Under the pieces are notes generated by a model. That model had not been told where the DNA came from. It did no database searches and saw nothing but the letters and a program-made list of their open reading frames with translations. A DNA stretch of 64,000 bases from assembly GCA_964016885.1 (NCBI GenBank), contig OZ024741.1, positions 278,752,001 to 278,816,000 on the forward strand, given 5' to 3'. The position numbers and the translations under genes were made by a program. Positions within the stretch are counted from its first letter, which is position 1. Every line of letters starts with the position of its first letter. Source of the stretch: Eledone cirrhosa. Taxonomy: Eukaryota. Shown piece after piece: positions 26,750 to 41,753 of this stretch.

Positions 26750-28205
26750 AAAATAAAAGATCTATTATCAAAGGAAAAAGTTAAGTGGTAGGAATAAGAT
26801 ACTGGCTATCAACACAGGGGCTGTTGCAGCTCTAAAGTATAATTGTTTCTACTTTTGGCACAAGGCCAGCAATTACCCAGTGCATTACTGGTACTTTATT
26901 TCATCGACCCCATGAGGATGAAAGGCAAAGTTAACCTTGGCGGGCTTTGAACTCAGAATGGGAAGGGACGTAACTCTATGCGTCAAAGCATGGCGTCCGA
27001 CCCTCTACCAATACTGCCAATCCACCGCCCTCTCAGTTGCAGCTCTAAAGTATAATGCTGGTGTGATAGAGTGGAGATGTGATGAACTTAAGGAGCTTGG
27101 TAGAAAAACCAGGAAAATGATGACACTACAAGGGGCACTACACCCTAAAAATGACATGGACAGGTTGTATCTATCACGACAGAGAAGATGTCTCATTAGC
27201 TGTGAAATGTGTGTAAAGCTGGAGGAAAATAACCTGGCATGGTATGTAAAGAATTCAAAGGAGAGATTGACGGCAAGAGCCCTAAGCAGTGATGAATCAA
27301 AGGAAAGGGGAGAATTTAAACAAGACAGACAGAATTACACATTGAATAGATAGAAAGAAATGTATGGTCAATTCTTACGTGAAATGCCTGAGACATTTGA
27401 GAAAGATAGGGACTGGGAATAAACTAGAAAAAGTGACTTAAAAGTTGAAACTGAGGCCCTTATTTGTGTGGTCGAAGAACAGGAATTGAGAACGAACTAT
27501 ATCAAGTTCAATATTGACAAGTCAGTGAATTCCCCACTTTGTAGGTTGTGTGGTGAGAAAGGTGGAATAATAAACCACATTATTAGTGAATGTAAGATGT
27601 TTACTCAGAAAGAGTAGAAGAGAAGGCACAACAACATTGCCAGATTGGTTCACTGGAAGTTCTGTCATAAGTATGACATGAGCAGAAGTGAGAAATGGTA
27701 TGAGCACCAACTGGAAAGGGTGCTGAAAACAAACAGTATAAGATCTTGTGGGACATAACTATCCTGTGTGACTATTTTATTGTGGTTAGAGAGCCTGACA
27801 TTGTTGTCGTAGAAAAGAAGAATAACAAGGTAAGTACTGTGGATATTGCTTCGCCATGGGACCATAGGGTGAATGAGAAGGAAAGTGAGAAAGTTGAGAA
27901 ATACCAGGAGCTGTAGAGAGAAATCAGGAAACTATGGAGAATCAGTAGAAGTGGTACTGATTATTGTTGGTGTACTGGGAGCAGTTAGTAAAAGGTTGGA
28001 TGTATGGCTTGAGAAGCTAGGAATTACCATGAAGAGAGGATTGTTGCAGAAAACAGTCTTGCTAGCAACAGCACGGATTCCAAGGAGGGCATTAGAAAGT
28101 TGAAGGAGAAGGAATGACCCAAAGGACCTTTAGCCATTGGCTATAGCTCGCTGTTTTGGTAGAGTGTTGCTATAACATTTGCCAGAGCAAAAGCGTTACG
28201 AGAAA
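26750..28205 (+). mobile_element. Decayed R4/Dong LINE 3' part
   Basis: RNKILAINT, ALHPKNDMDRLY, ETEAL, CRLC, IIVGVLG remnants; ends at (AAT)n. Confidence 0.8.
26844..27035 (-). mobile_element. Family-1 SINE nested in R4 LINE, 21-bp TSD
   Basis: TSD GTTGCAGCTCTAAAGTATAAT at 26823-26843 and 27036-27056. Confidence 0.92.
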
Positions 28206-28217
28206 TAATAATAATAA

Positions 28218-29255
28218 TGGTTTATGATTTAGGTATAAGGTCAGCAACTTGGGGGGGGGGGGTCGATTAAATCGACCTCATTTCTTGACTGGTACTTTAT
28301 TTTATTAACTCCGTAAGGATGAAAGGCGAAGTTAACCTCGGCGGGATTTGAACTCAGAATTTAAAGGGTCGTAACTTTATACCGCGAAGCATGGTGTCTG
28401 ACGCTTTACCGATACTGCCAATCCACTGCCCTTAGTAATAATTGTTTCTACTTTAGGCACAAGGCCAGCAATTATCCAGTGCATTACTGGTACTTTATTT
28501 TATCGACCCCGTAAGGATGAAAGGCAAAGTCAACCTCGGCGGGATTTGAACTCAGATCGTAAAGGGACGTAACTATGCTGGAAAGCATGGCGTCTGACCC
28601 TCTACCGATACTGCCAATCCACCGCACTGCCCTTAGTAATAATAATTGTTTCTACTTTAGGCACAAGGCCAGCAATTTCCCAGTGCATTACTGGTACTTT
28701 ATTTTATTGACCCCTAGAGGATGAAAGGCAAAGTCAACCTCGGCGGGTTTTGAACTCAGTCCGTAAAGGGACGTAACTCTATGCTGCAAAGCATGGCGTC
28801 CGACCCTCTACCGATACTGCCAATCCATCGCCCTAGTAATAATAATGGTTTCTGATTTAGGTACAAGGCCAATAACAATTTTGGTGGGAGGGGAGAGTCG
28901 ATTAAATCGACCCCAGTACGTTACTGGTGCTGTGTTTTATTGACCCCGTTAAGATAAAAGGCAAAGTTAACCTCGGCGGGATTTGAACTGAGAACATAAG
29001 ACTTAGAGTGGTTATAACAATATTGTCAGCAGTAATGCCGTTTTCTAAACCAGGCACAAGACCAGCAATTTATGGGAAGAGGGAAGTCGACTATATCTAC
29101 ACCACTACTTTAGGGCTACTTTGTTTTATCGACTCCAGAAGAATGAAAGGCAAAGTTGATATTGGCGGGATTTGAACCCAGAACGTAAAGAACCACAACA
29201 AAATGCCACTAAGCATTTTGTACGACTCTATACCGATTCTACCAATCAGCCGCCC
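28218..29255 (-). mobile_element. Head-to-tail cluster of about 5 family-1 SINEs
   Basis: Repeated head/core/tail; duplication CACTGCCCTTAGTAATAAT at about 28424 and 28626. Confidence 0.88.
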
Positions 29256-29421
29256 TGATAACAATAACAGCAGCCACTTCAGATCAGCTCTAATAAAGCA
29301 GACCTATAATTAAATGTATTCCAACCGCAACTACCTCATCATGTGTACCTATGAATATATCATCTAAGATGGTAGGGAGCGATTTGAGAAAGACATTTAG
29401 CTGCTTTTATGAGGTCGTGAT

Positions 29422-29730
29422 AAGGCGACGAATTGGCAGAGTCGTTATACTGTCAGATAGAATGCTTTGTGGTATTCGTCGCGGCTCCCTACTTTCTGAG
29501 TTCTAATCCCGCCGAGGTCAATTTTGCCTTTCATTCTTTCGAGGTAGATAAAGAAAAGTACCAGTAAAGTACTGGGTAAATTCTTCCGCTATGTCTCTTT
29601 TACACTTTCTATCTTTCTCTTGAAGAAATTTGCCGTGTTCAGACCTAGAGAGGGATGGGCTCTGCCAGGCTTAAAATACCCAAGAAACGCCGTACACTAC
29701 TACGAATACAGCAGGAGTTACTGTACCATA
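29422..29730 (+). mobile_element. SINE family 1b
   Basis: A/B boxes, core, 3' body shared with 11182-11525. Confidence 0.7.
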
Positions 29731-31047
29731 CCAGATCCCCTAATCATATAGAGGCTCTGTGTCTACGGAGGTGTAATGGATTGGATTGACTGTGGTATAG
29801 CTAAGAACACTTCAGTATTAATAAGAGGAACAGGATATGATGTATTAACACAGCAGTTATTAGTAATTCCCGATTGACGGATATCCATGAGGTGAACGAT
29901 TAATCAATTTATATGCATTAGAAAAATTAAATATTAGTTAATTGACCGAATAATGAATAGTTCAATAATGTAAGACCACTTAGCTCACGAACTAATATAA
30001 AAACGGAACTCATATAAAGACATACAAAAAATATCGTAACATTTTCTAATCTGAAAATACCCTCCCAATTATCTCAACAAACACAAAGGTTTAAAGGTGT
30101 GAACAAACAAGTGAACAAAAGGATTAATTGCATGTCCACTTCATTGCTTTAACATCTTCATGGAATCCTCTACTTAACACTTTCCGCCTAAAACCTTTAT
30201 TCGCTTGAGATTTAACTTTGTAAATTCAATAGGAAAATATTGATTCTAAGTCTTCAATTTGTTGACATTTGCAAGTAAATTATATGACAAACGTAAATAA
30301 GATGCAAAGTATGTGATTATTACTTCACATCCTCCAACACATTATGTGTTATGGAATTAAGAAACCTCTATTAATTAAATTTAGAATAGATCGAAGTTCT
30401 TTGGCTTTTACATTTAGAACATAAAAGCAGCCAGCAGGTAATCGACCTCCGTCGGTTTCGACGAAGAATGTTCCAGTTGTTCGATCAACCTGCTAGTGAG
30501 AAAATAATTGGAAAATTGGCTGAGAATTTCATAGACACGTGTACTCTTAATGTAATTCTCAGGGTTATTCAGCGAGACAGTGTGTGACATGAATGACTCT
30601 TTGAATTACTGGCTTCCAAACACTTTCCGTCTATTCAATTTTATTCACAAGACATGAATGAGTTAACCTGAGGATATGGTAAATGACACATGTAATGGGA
30701 TCGAACTCAGGATGTGATGATAGAGAATCGAACTCTTTAACCATTCGGCCAAACTGCGCCCACAGCGACCAACATATAAAGAAGACACGTTAGTTATATG
30801 TTAGAATTTATTGAAATAGATATAACCACTTAAACGTTTGGAGAATAGAAATGAAGAAGTAAGTCTGCAGGGCTCAGTGGAGGAAGTTACAAATATCAAA
30901 GCTCTTTCGCTGTATTTTCGTATTCTTGAAGCTTCTTACTCATATATCATTCCGATCCAATCGACTTATGAAATTGACTAAACGATCCCTTCATCTATTT
31001 TACTTTTCACCAACACTTTATGATATACGTGTTTTTATTTCAAACAG

Positions 31048-31145
31048 CAAACTTTTAAATGAATGTGGAGATAGCTTCATATAATGAGAACGACATATGG
31101 TTACTTGTCAATTACTTTCTGTGACTTGCGGATATGGCTGCAAAA
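31048..31145 (+). other. Possible 5' exon ending ATG GCT GCA AAA | GTAAGT
   Basis: TTTTTATTTCAAACAG acceptor, GTAAGT donor; another GTAAGT at 30859; unique non-repeat context. Confidence 0.2.
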
Positions 31146-32049
31146 GTAAGTGTTACTTCTGAAAGTCGCTTTGAAGAAGCGGCATCCATATCTTAAATTA
31201 CTTTCAATTCTCCACTCATAAATGCTTTATTAATACATAGGAGCCTTTAAGTGGAACACTCAAAGCCTCTGCGTGGGAAATATTGGCGTTTTTACATGTT
31301 TGGAGTGTCTCTTGTTAATCAATATGTCGGCGAACAGGCAGTGTTGTTAGAACGTCAGGTAGAATGCTTTGTGGTATTTGTTCCAGCTCTCTGCGCTCTG
31401 AGTTCGAACCCTGCCAAGATCAACTTTACCTTTAATTCCTTGAGGTTGATACAGAAGCTACTAGTACCAGTCCAGTATTGGGGTCGATATTCTTCATTTT
31501 AACACCTTTCTCACTTTCTCTCACGATGTCTTTCTCTGTCTCCTCCTCTCTCTGTCGGCATTTATACGACACCATCAGGAGTTACCGGCCCTTCACATTG
31601 TCTTGTTGATTAATGAGTGTGCGGGCATAATTACACGTTTAATTGGGAGTATATGTCTAGGTGTTTGCATTTGTGAACCAATGTAGTTGCATGTATAAAC
31701 GTGACAGTGCATTTGTGCACATTTGAAAATTATTTCTATAACCGACCGCTTACTTTTCGTACTGGTCACGGTCGAGACCTCATCAGGTATCTTCGGTCCC
31801 TGCACTGCTGATATTTTTTTAAAATCAGAAAGGTAGCAACCCGCATGGGAAGGGAGCCATTTAATTAACGGGGCGCAGCTGTAACACAGAGCAGGGGTAT
31901 AGAATCAGTCACTCCCGCCTTCTCCTTTTCTTTGGTTGCTTAATTCCTTTTTTCTAACTATTTTTTCTTATTTTCCTTAATATCTCTGTATAAATTTGAG
32001 CGACATCCGTCCGTCTGTAACACAATATGTATATATATATATATATATA

Positions 32050-34756
32050 TGAAGGGAAAATAATAAGTGTCACTGAGGCCCCACCCCAGAAAGACAGATT
32101 GCTTTTGGAGAAAAATATGGGGTGAAAAGAAGAATTTCAACCAAGATGCAGTGTGGCTAAAAGAAATCCAAAAGAACTATTGCTCCTACACTACAAACAA
32201 AAACATACGAAATAAGTGAGGGTACCCTTGAGACTGTGATAGGAAAACTCCAAGATAAGAAAACACCAGGAAGAGACATGATTGTCGGCTACTGGTACAA
32301 AAAACTGATATTCTATCGGAGGTATCTTACTGACCTCTACCAACAAGTTCTTAAGGGAGATACACTTATACCAGAATGGTTGACATTAGCACAAACATTA
32401 CTGGTCCCCAAGAACAAAGACACCCACCTGGCAAAAAATTACCGACCCATTGCATGCCAGAACCTAATATATAAGATGTATACAGCTTGGCTGAACCTAT
32501 TCCTCCAAGATCACTGTGAAGATAATAACATCATCACAGATGAACAAGCAGCTGGAAAGAAAGGGGTTTGGGGATGTGCTGAACAACTCCTAATCAACAA
32601 AACTGCGATGTCGGAGGTGCGATAACTTAGGAGGAATATGGCTAGTCTGCCTGGACTACAGAAAAGCTTTCGATTTTGTTCCCCACTCTTGGATGATAGA
32701 GGCCCTCCAACTTGCTAAAGTTCCAGACATTATTAGATGATGTCTTCTTCTTGGGCTACTATCCTAAGGTTAAAGACAGAGAGGGAGGACTCTATTTTCA
32801 CTGACAAAATGAAATATCGCAGGGGTATATTTCAGGGAGACAGTCTCTCTGTGATATTATTCATCCTGTCATTAAACCCCTTGTCCTTTCTGCTCAAGAA
32901 ATGTGAAGGATACATCATTGGCTCACAGGAGGACAGAAATACGAACCTAACCCATAATTTCTTTGTGGATGATCTGAAACTCTATGCCAAGAACATGGAT
33001 GGGATGAAGAAAAATTTTGACTTGGTTACAACATTCTCAAAGGATATAGGAATGGAGTTTGGCCAAGATAAATGCTCATATATGACTGTAAAGCGGAGAA
33101 AAACAACAACCCAATCTAGCAACATTTGTATCAATGACCTAACTGTTTCACCGATATCTGATGAGGAGTGCTACAGATACCCGGGGATAGATGAGAACAT
33201 ATCCTATAATGGTATCTGTAATAAAGAACGCGTAACCAGGGAATACTACACCCGATTAAGAAAGATTTGGTCATCGGAACTCTCTACGCAAAACAAAACA
33301 GTGGCTCACAATGTGTTTGCTGTGCCTGTCCTAACACCAACGTTTGGAATACTCAATTGGACGATAGACGAAATCCGAGCGATTGATGTTAGAACTCGAA
33401 AGATACTAAACAACACCGGAAACTTCCACATCAACAGTGACATAGACCGCCTTTACTTGAAACGTAAGCAGGGAGGCAGAGGCCTAACATCAGTCCAGAC
33501 AGCATTTGAATGTCGCATCATATCCCTCCGACAACATCTTACGAACCTCAAAGCGTAGGAGCCCGTTTCTCGAGAAAGTCTATCTGCATGAAACAGATAA
33601 GATCATGAGAGTTGGGAAGGAACTCCTCGAGAGGTATTCCGTGTGATAATCAAAAACTCACACCCAGGGAAGTAGCTCAGCAGTATCGCAGTGAATCCAT
33701 GGATGAAAAACTGCATGCTTATCAGCAAAAAATAATGCATGGATATGTTGCCAGGAAGCTCCAGAGTGAGAGTAATATAGATAAGGAAAGTAGTCTATCT
33801 TGGACCAACAACCGGTATATTGGCTCTCACTTTGAAGGATACGCTTTTGCAATCCAAGAACAGGAAATCAACACGAAATACCTGATTCACAAAAGAGATA
33901 GGGATGCAGGCAAAACACCTAGATGTGATAACAAGTGCAGACACTGCAGAATTAACATCGAAGATGTCACCCATGTCATAAGCAGCTGTCCAAAGACGTC
34001 ATCGCGGTACTATCTACTTATGAGGCATGATGTAGTGGCCAAATTACTGTACAATGCAATCCGTAGAAAAGATAGCCCCGATAATAAACACATTAAAAGC
34101 TACAGCAATATGGAAGACATCTATGTACATAATATGAAAGAGTACAGGTGGAATGTTCCAGTAAAAACCTCAATAAAATGCAGGCATAACAGACCAGATA
34201 TTATGATATGGGACAGGGAAAAGAAGGCATGCACAGTAGTGGAAGTTAGCTGTCCAGCAGATGCCAATATAATATCAAAGATTAGTGAAAAGGAGAATAT
34301 TTATGCAGAACTGATGAGAAATCTGCAGATACTCCATCCTGATTACACCTTCAGATTTATGCCTGTGATTATTGGGGCACTGGGGTATGTTAGTAACTGC
34401 CTCAATATAAATCTTGAGAAGCTGGGTTTCACAGGAACAGAAATAACACAACTAGTTAGGAAATTACAAGTACAATCCATTAATGGAACCATAAAAATAT
34501 GTAAAACATTCCAAAAATGTTGCATCTAATAACTGCATATACACATGTACAGATACTAAGCATATACACATGCACACATACAACTCAAAACATACACATC
34601 CATACATACAATAACATCCATATCTACACATGCATGCATACATAATCTACCTAGTTGATGTTGTGTAAATTCCAATGAGAGAGTCTTGTGTCTATGTTAG
34701 AAACCGACTCTCTCTCTATTGGCAAAAATTTGTGAAATTATAAAACCAGAAGAACA
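32050..34756 (+). pseudogene. Decayed R4-clade LINE (related to the ATAC-associated family)
   Basis: ORFs 32236-32625, 32737-33558, 33612-34529 give YRPIAC, GIFQGDSL, FFVDDLK, CRHC..HVISSC, RHD, RPD; ends at (ATAC)n-like tract. Confidence 0.9.
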
Positions 34757-34863
34757 ATACATATATACATACATACATAGATACATACATGCATATATAC
34801 ATACATAGATACATACATAAACGCATATATACATACATAAACACATACATATATTTCCATACA

Positions 34864-34918
<55 letters not shown>

Positions 34919-35644
34919 TGATAATATGTATAAACTTAAACTTTCCATATGCATTTTAAATATTTTAGCTGTTTAATACCACAAGTATCCTTCGAGAATT
35001 CTCGTTTGCTATAATTCTGCTGTATAGCAATGAGCTAAAAATCATTGACTTTTCTATCATTATACAGTATATGTACTTCCATATTTTTGCTTATTTAATC
35101 GCCTTATTTCGGTGTTTTACTTTTTATCCAATTTTTTAAATAATTTATTTTTAATGCCAAATCCAATATTTATTTCTGTTTTCTCGATAACATTTCGGAT
35201 TAGTCGGATCCATATTAATTCAAGTGCTTGTTACATATGTTCATGTTTTGGAAGATTGTAAAGTGTACGTTGTGTGCATATGCGTGCAAGGATTTATGCG
35301 TGGGATCGGTTGGGTGGAGCGACTGTATACATGTTACACGACATGGATGTGTGAATGTGTATAAATAATGGAAGGTTGATCTACTACCTGGAAACAAGCA
35401 ATGTTCACTAGATATTTTCGAGAGTACAAACATATCTCTCCATATCATCTCATCTATCTCATGTTGTCTCTCGTATGTGTGTATGTATGTATGTATGTAT
35501 GTATGTATGTATGTATGTATGTATGTATGTATGTATGTGTGCGTGCGCGTGTGTGTATGTGTATGCGTATACATATAAATATATGCACACACACACACGC
35601 ACACACACACACACATATATAAATATATAAATATATATATATAT

Positions 35645-36103
35645 ATAATCAAGGTTTAGCAAATAAGAAAAAGTTACAAAATAAATTTTAAAAAATTAAT
35701 TTTACTTTCTATGGTTACCTTTACCGAATCGGTTTCGAGTCACAAAAATAAACGGAGTCCATACGGCATCCGTTGCAAAGATAAACTCTCGTCAGAAGGT
35801 TCTTTCACTCGGAGAATATAAAATTCCCGAGTTCAAATTACGAACTGGCGCTATTCAAAATTGTTCCCGAGATGAGAGAAAATGAAGTGGAATCAAATCT
35901 TTCAAGTGCCGTGTGTAAAGATAGAGGCATAGTGAGTAAAGTTAATTTTTTAAAATTTATTTTGAAACTTTTTCTTATTTGCTAAACCTTGATTATATAT
36001 TTTCTGGCTCGTTAATTTATTAACCTGCCATTGAACCACATTGGCATATGGTTGGACAATACATGTGTCCCTTAGCGCCTTGTGCGTGTAGGAACATATA
36101 CTC

Positions 36104-36107
<4 letters not shown>
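35645..36107. mobile_element. (TA)n-flanked Penelope-like non-coding element with inverted ends
   Basis: 35645-35706 inverted at 35935-35998; contains HHR. Confidence 0.75.
35717..35800 (-). ncRNA. Type I hammerhead ribozyme with extended stem II
   Basis: ACCUU-CUGACGA-GAGU..(AACGGA/UCCGUU)..ACUC-GAAACCG-AUU-CGGUA-AAGGU; all three stems pair; GUA site. Confidence 0.88.
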
Positions 36108-36175
<68 letters not shown>

Positions 36176-36178
<3 letters not shown>

Positions 36179-36275
36179 GTGACTTTGGACATCCTGCAGG
36201 ACTAAAAACAAAACCTCTCAAATGGCAAAGGAGCTCTTAAGAATCAATGGCTATCCAAAATCACCGGGAGAGATG
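36176..36275 (+). pseudogene. Possible Penelope RT thumb fragment
   Basis: MAKELLRINGYPKS contains the LxxNGYP motif typical of PLE RTs; starts at (TA)n. Confidence 0.45.
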
Positions 36276-36680
36276 ACGCCTTAGCCTTTGTCAAGGCAGA
36301 ATTCTAGGAGAAGGAAAACTCTGATATAACACCTGCAACTCTGATGGTATCCAATGATGTTGACTTGTTCTTCTTTTTGGTAAATATCATCTTGGTTAAG
36401 AGAGTGGGACTGGCTTTGTGCAGTGCCTTTGCTCACTATAAAAGCTTCAGGGCACAGGCATTGCTTTAAATCTGGAGATCTCTCTGCACTTGTCCTCACA
36501 TGGTACCATGGGCCCAGCACTATGTGTCAATAATTGTCATAATGTAGTGTTTGTACCAGAGTTTTCAAGTCGCTGGCTGGACTAAAAAGTCACACTCGTT
36601 CAGCGCATCAGTAGGGTTCTCCTACATGGATATAAAGTAGTGGCCGTACTCGAAAACGAGTTGGCAGCCACCATATATAT

Positions 36681-37703
<1,023 letters not shown>

Positions 37704-37716
37704 ATATATATGTATA

Positions 37717-37808
<92 letters not shown>

Positions 37809-37917
37809 AAATATATATATATATAGTGAAGAAAGTGTGGACGTTAGAAAACTTTCTATACAGATCACGTTAAATGAGGAAAACGATAACTAAAAAAAGG
37901 GTTCGAAAAGCGCACCT

Positions 37918-37958
<41 letters not shown>

Positions 37959-37962
<4 letters not shown>

Positions 37963-38575
37963 CACTGATGAGGGACTAATTTTATAATATGTAACCCATG
38001 TGCAACCACGCAGTATTCCTCTTTCTTCCCATGTTTTTCATACATATTTACCTCGACTGCGATTATCTGTTTCTCTCTTTCTCTCTTACTGCTCCCCCGT
38101 TCTCTCTGTTTCTCTCACCTTCTTTCGCCCCCTCTGTCAGTTGCACTTTCTCTCGACTGACCTCTTCCTCGCACTTCCACTCACTCACTCTCTGTGTCTC
38201 CCCTTCTCACTTCCTCCTGTTCGTTAGTAGTGGGATTCTTTCTTTCTTACATCTCATTCACGTCGGACGGTCTGTTTTCTGACCGCTCATGAAATTCACC
38301 CAGCTTATGCTGACCGGATAACCATCATGTTGCATGCTGTTTTCCTACCTTCGGTTTGCTTTTCCTTCTATGTTGTTTACTTGTCTCACTCGCTTTACGC
38401 GATTCACTTGTCCCAATAGCTTATTTTAGTTATTGCTCGCACCAACCTGAGGTATCTGATTTTTAATGCGATGAAATACCAATGATGGTTGGCAAATCAC
38501 TGACGAGGGACTAATTTTATAATATGTAACCCATGTGCAACCACGCAGTATTCCTCTTTCTTCCCATGTTTTTCA
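37959..38575 (+). mobile_element. (TA)n-flanked element with ~81-bp direct terminal repeats (pLTR-like)
   Basis: AAATCACTGA(T/C)GAGGGACT...TGTTTTTCA at 37959-38040 and 38495-38575. Confidence 0.65.
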
Positions 38576-38765
38576 TATATATATATATATATATATATAA
38601 AGGATCTTATATAAATTGATGTTCGCGAAGCTTGATTTCTTCGTTCTAGGTTTTCAAAACATTTCTTATTAGGTTATATTGACCTTTCGTTAAAAATCCT
38701 GCATACTGGTTTTCGATTGTATGGTTTGGGGCGCTTCTATCCTTCTCTGTTTTATTATCATTTTC

Positions 38766-38801
<36 letters not shown>

Positions 38802-38842
38802 TAGGAATAACCAAATAGTGCTTAAAAATACATTGTTTTATT

Positions 38843-38889
38843 AGCTAACAGTGTTTCATCCATACCCCATGGCAGGAATCATCAGAGCC
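38843..38889 (-). ncRNA. Minimal type I hammerhead ribozyme
   Basis: Reverse complement of 39906-39952. Confidence 0.75.
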
Positions 38890-39905
38890 TATAAACAAGA
38901 GTATATCAATAGTTGCATGTTCCATCGAGCTGCGTCACCAGAACAAGGTTAAAGGACCAGCAGGGGGGGGGGCGAGGCCACCGCTATATGGACAAAGACA
39001 GAATACATGATGCACATAATGTCATAAAATGTCTTAAAAAATTACATCAAAAATAATAAATTAAATGGGGAATGCCAGTTATTGCGGACCTGGTGTATTT
39101 TCAATTTCCTCACTTGTGTGCCGGCTGTACATGTACCATACATTTCTTTAACTCGTCGTACTTTCTTTTATTTTTTATTTTAGATTTTAAGTGTATATCC
39201 CAGACCGCCTATGGTGATAAATCCCCTGGGTATAGGTTTTGGAAAAATAGTGTTATCTCTCTTAACGTTCGGAACTGGAACATATCGATGTGGTTCGTAG
39301 GAATCTGATATGATAAGGAGAATCGACCTGTTATAAGGCGATATAATTGGAGTACACCATCCCTCATATGGACTATCATACATGTAAGGCTGCACCAGTG
39401 CTAACCAACTATTCTTCTCACAGACTCATGCTTGCAAACTCTCTTAATCTGCCTGTACACCCTCTTTTTGCACTGCTTGTGCTCTGATGTATCTATGCTT
39501 TGCTTTGTTTTATATTTTTTGGGGGAGGGGGGGGGGGGGCTTTTTGTTCCTTTATTGTTTTGTATTTCTATATTTATCTCTTTTGTTATCTCTGTATTTT
39601 TGTACATTTTTATTTTTTTTTTTATTGTTTCTGATCATGCTGAGTAATACCTTCACTCATCCCTTGATACCCTCTCCCAACCTTTTTATCATCTATTGCA
39701 CCATTTAAGTGATAAATCTTTGGTGTAATTTTTAATTTTTAATTTTTGATGTAATCTTTTAAGACATTTTATGACATTATGTGCATCATGTATTCTGTCA
39801 TGTTCCATATAGCGCTGGCCTCGGGACCCCCCTGCTGGTTCTTTAACTTTGTTCTGGTGACGCAGCTCGATGGAGCATGCAACTATTGATATACTCTTGT
39901 TTATA

Positions 39906-39952
39906 GGCTCTGATGATTCCTGCCATGGGGTATGGATGAAACACTGTTAGCT
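39906..39952 (+). ncRNA. Minimal type I hammerhead ribozyme
   Basis: GGCU-CUGAUGA-U-UCCUGCC..GGUAUGGA-U-GAAAC-ACU-GUU-AGCU. Confidence 0.75.
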
Positions 39953-40139
39953 AATAAAACAATGCATTTCTAAGCACGCTTTGGTTATTCCTATAACTAT
40001 AATGGCTCTGTAGTATACTAGTTATCCTACATTGAGCTAAAACCACACTGTCATACCAAGGGCAATATATCTGCGTCTCTGGGCATATTGATATATTTGT
40101 CAACTAAACTATATATATATATATATATAGTATATATAG

Positions 40140-40760
40140 AGTTATAAATTCAAAATAGTCTTTTACAATTAAATAGCTCAAAGAAAGGAATATTTCCGAG
40201 CCGTGTAATACAAATGAATATCTGATAGGGATAAACACCGATACAAGTATACATGTGTTCGCATTGCAAATGACCAAGTTAGCTAGATTGAAAAATACTA
40301 ATTAAAATAATACGGTTTGCCTGTCTCGATTTAAAATAATAAATCAATAAAAATAAACCTATATTGGCAATATAAAACAAAGCAAAGCATAGATACATCA
40401 GAGCACAAGCAGTGCAAAAAGAGGGTGTACAGGCAGATTAAGAGAGTTTGCAAGCATGAGTCTGTGAGAAGAATAGTTGGTTATCATAAAGTTACTATTC
40501 CTGTGCTCTTCTGCGGGTACCCACAAATTGGTAATCACAGGAATAGTAACTTTCACTTAATTGTTGCGAAACAAATTAAAAATTTGTCCGGGTATCACGG
40601 CTATTGCCAATATAGGTTTGTTTTTATTGATTTATTATTTTAAATCGAGACAGGCAAACCGTATTATTTTAATTAGTATTTTTCAATCTAGCTAACTTGG
40701 TCATTTGCAATGCGAACACATGTATACTTGTATCGGTGTTTATCCCTATCCGATATTCAA
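40140..40760. mobile_element. Inverted-repeat element with captured spacer
   Basis: 40224-40372 inverted at 40602-40750; spacer 40370-40482 is the reverse complement of 39402-39514. Confidence 0.75.
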
Positions 40761-40837
40761 TTGTGTATATATATATATATATGTGTGTGTATATATATAT
40801 ATATATATGTGTGTATGTATATATATATATATGTGTG

Positions 40838-40915
<78 letters not shown>

Positions 40916-40936
40916 TATACATATATATACATTGTG

Positions 40937-41055
40937 AAGGCGTGTGGCTGAGTGGTTAGAGAATTGGATTCGCAATCGTAAGGTTGTGCGTTCGATTCCT
41001 GGATCAGGCGATGCGTTATGTCCTTGAGCAAGACACTTTATTTCACGTTGCTCCT
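40937..41055 (+). mobile_element. tRNA-derived SINE family 2 (5' part)
   Basis: A-box TGGCTGAGTGG, B-box GTTCGATTCC, GTCCTTGAGCAAGACACTT. Confidence 0.75.
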
Positions 41056-41218
41056 TCTACCTGGAGTTGCGACCGATAGATAGTATTAGCAATTGGAAAG
41101 ACCAACGGAAACATTGTTCCCTCGGTCCGATTCGACGAAAGTTGATCGTTCCTTTATATACATTACACATATATTCTCGGCTGTCTTCTAGTCCAGCAGT
41201 CGCAAGCGGTGGGAGGGA

Positions 41219-41260
41219 CCGTCCTGACGAAGGCCAGTTAAGCCTGAAATGCATAGACGG
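41219..41260 (+). ncRNA. Minimal type I hammerhead ribozyme
   Basis: CCGUC-CUGACGA-AGGC-CAGUUAA-GCCU-GAAAU-GC-AUA-GACGG; palindromic AUGCAU stem III. Confidence 0.85.
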
Positions 41261-41411
41261 TTGTCCCACTGGCTTCTGCTGGACATCACCAGAGGGCGTT
41301 AGCCCACCGGTGTTTGCATAGCTACGGCTTCCTGAAACCGTATTTCTTTGGAGATACGAAATACTTATACATATTGCATAAAGCTATGCTTGAAGCGAAA
41401 TCCTATTTCTT

Positions 41412-41478
<67 letters not shown>

Positions 41479-41545
41479 TATACATATACATATATACATA
41501 TATATATACATATATATATATACATATATATATATACATATATAT

Positions 41546-41626
<81 letters not shown>

Positions 41627-41753
41627 CATATATATATACATATATATATATACATATATATACATATATATGGTGGCTGCCAACTCGTTTTAGAGTACGG
41701 CCACTACTTTATATCCATGTAGGAGAACCCCTATATATATATATATATATATA

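Larger units (their letters stand above)
38794..40090. mobile_element. Penelope-like element with ~270-bp inverted pLTRs
   Basis: 38794-39065 inverted at about 39730-40001; HHR in each arm; (TA)n both sides. Confidence 0.8.

Noticed and set aside
31738-31795. HHR-like CTGATGA-GGTC..GACC on minus strand; similar partial motifs near 11090, 13045, 37965, 42920, 57135-57186
   Set aside because: Core or stems incomplete; at best decayed ribozymes
40937-41010. tRNA gene
   Set aside because: A/B boxes present but it runs into SINE body sequence; no convincing cloverleaf
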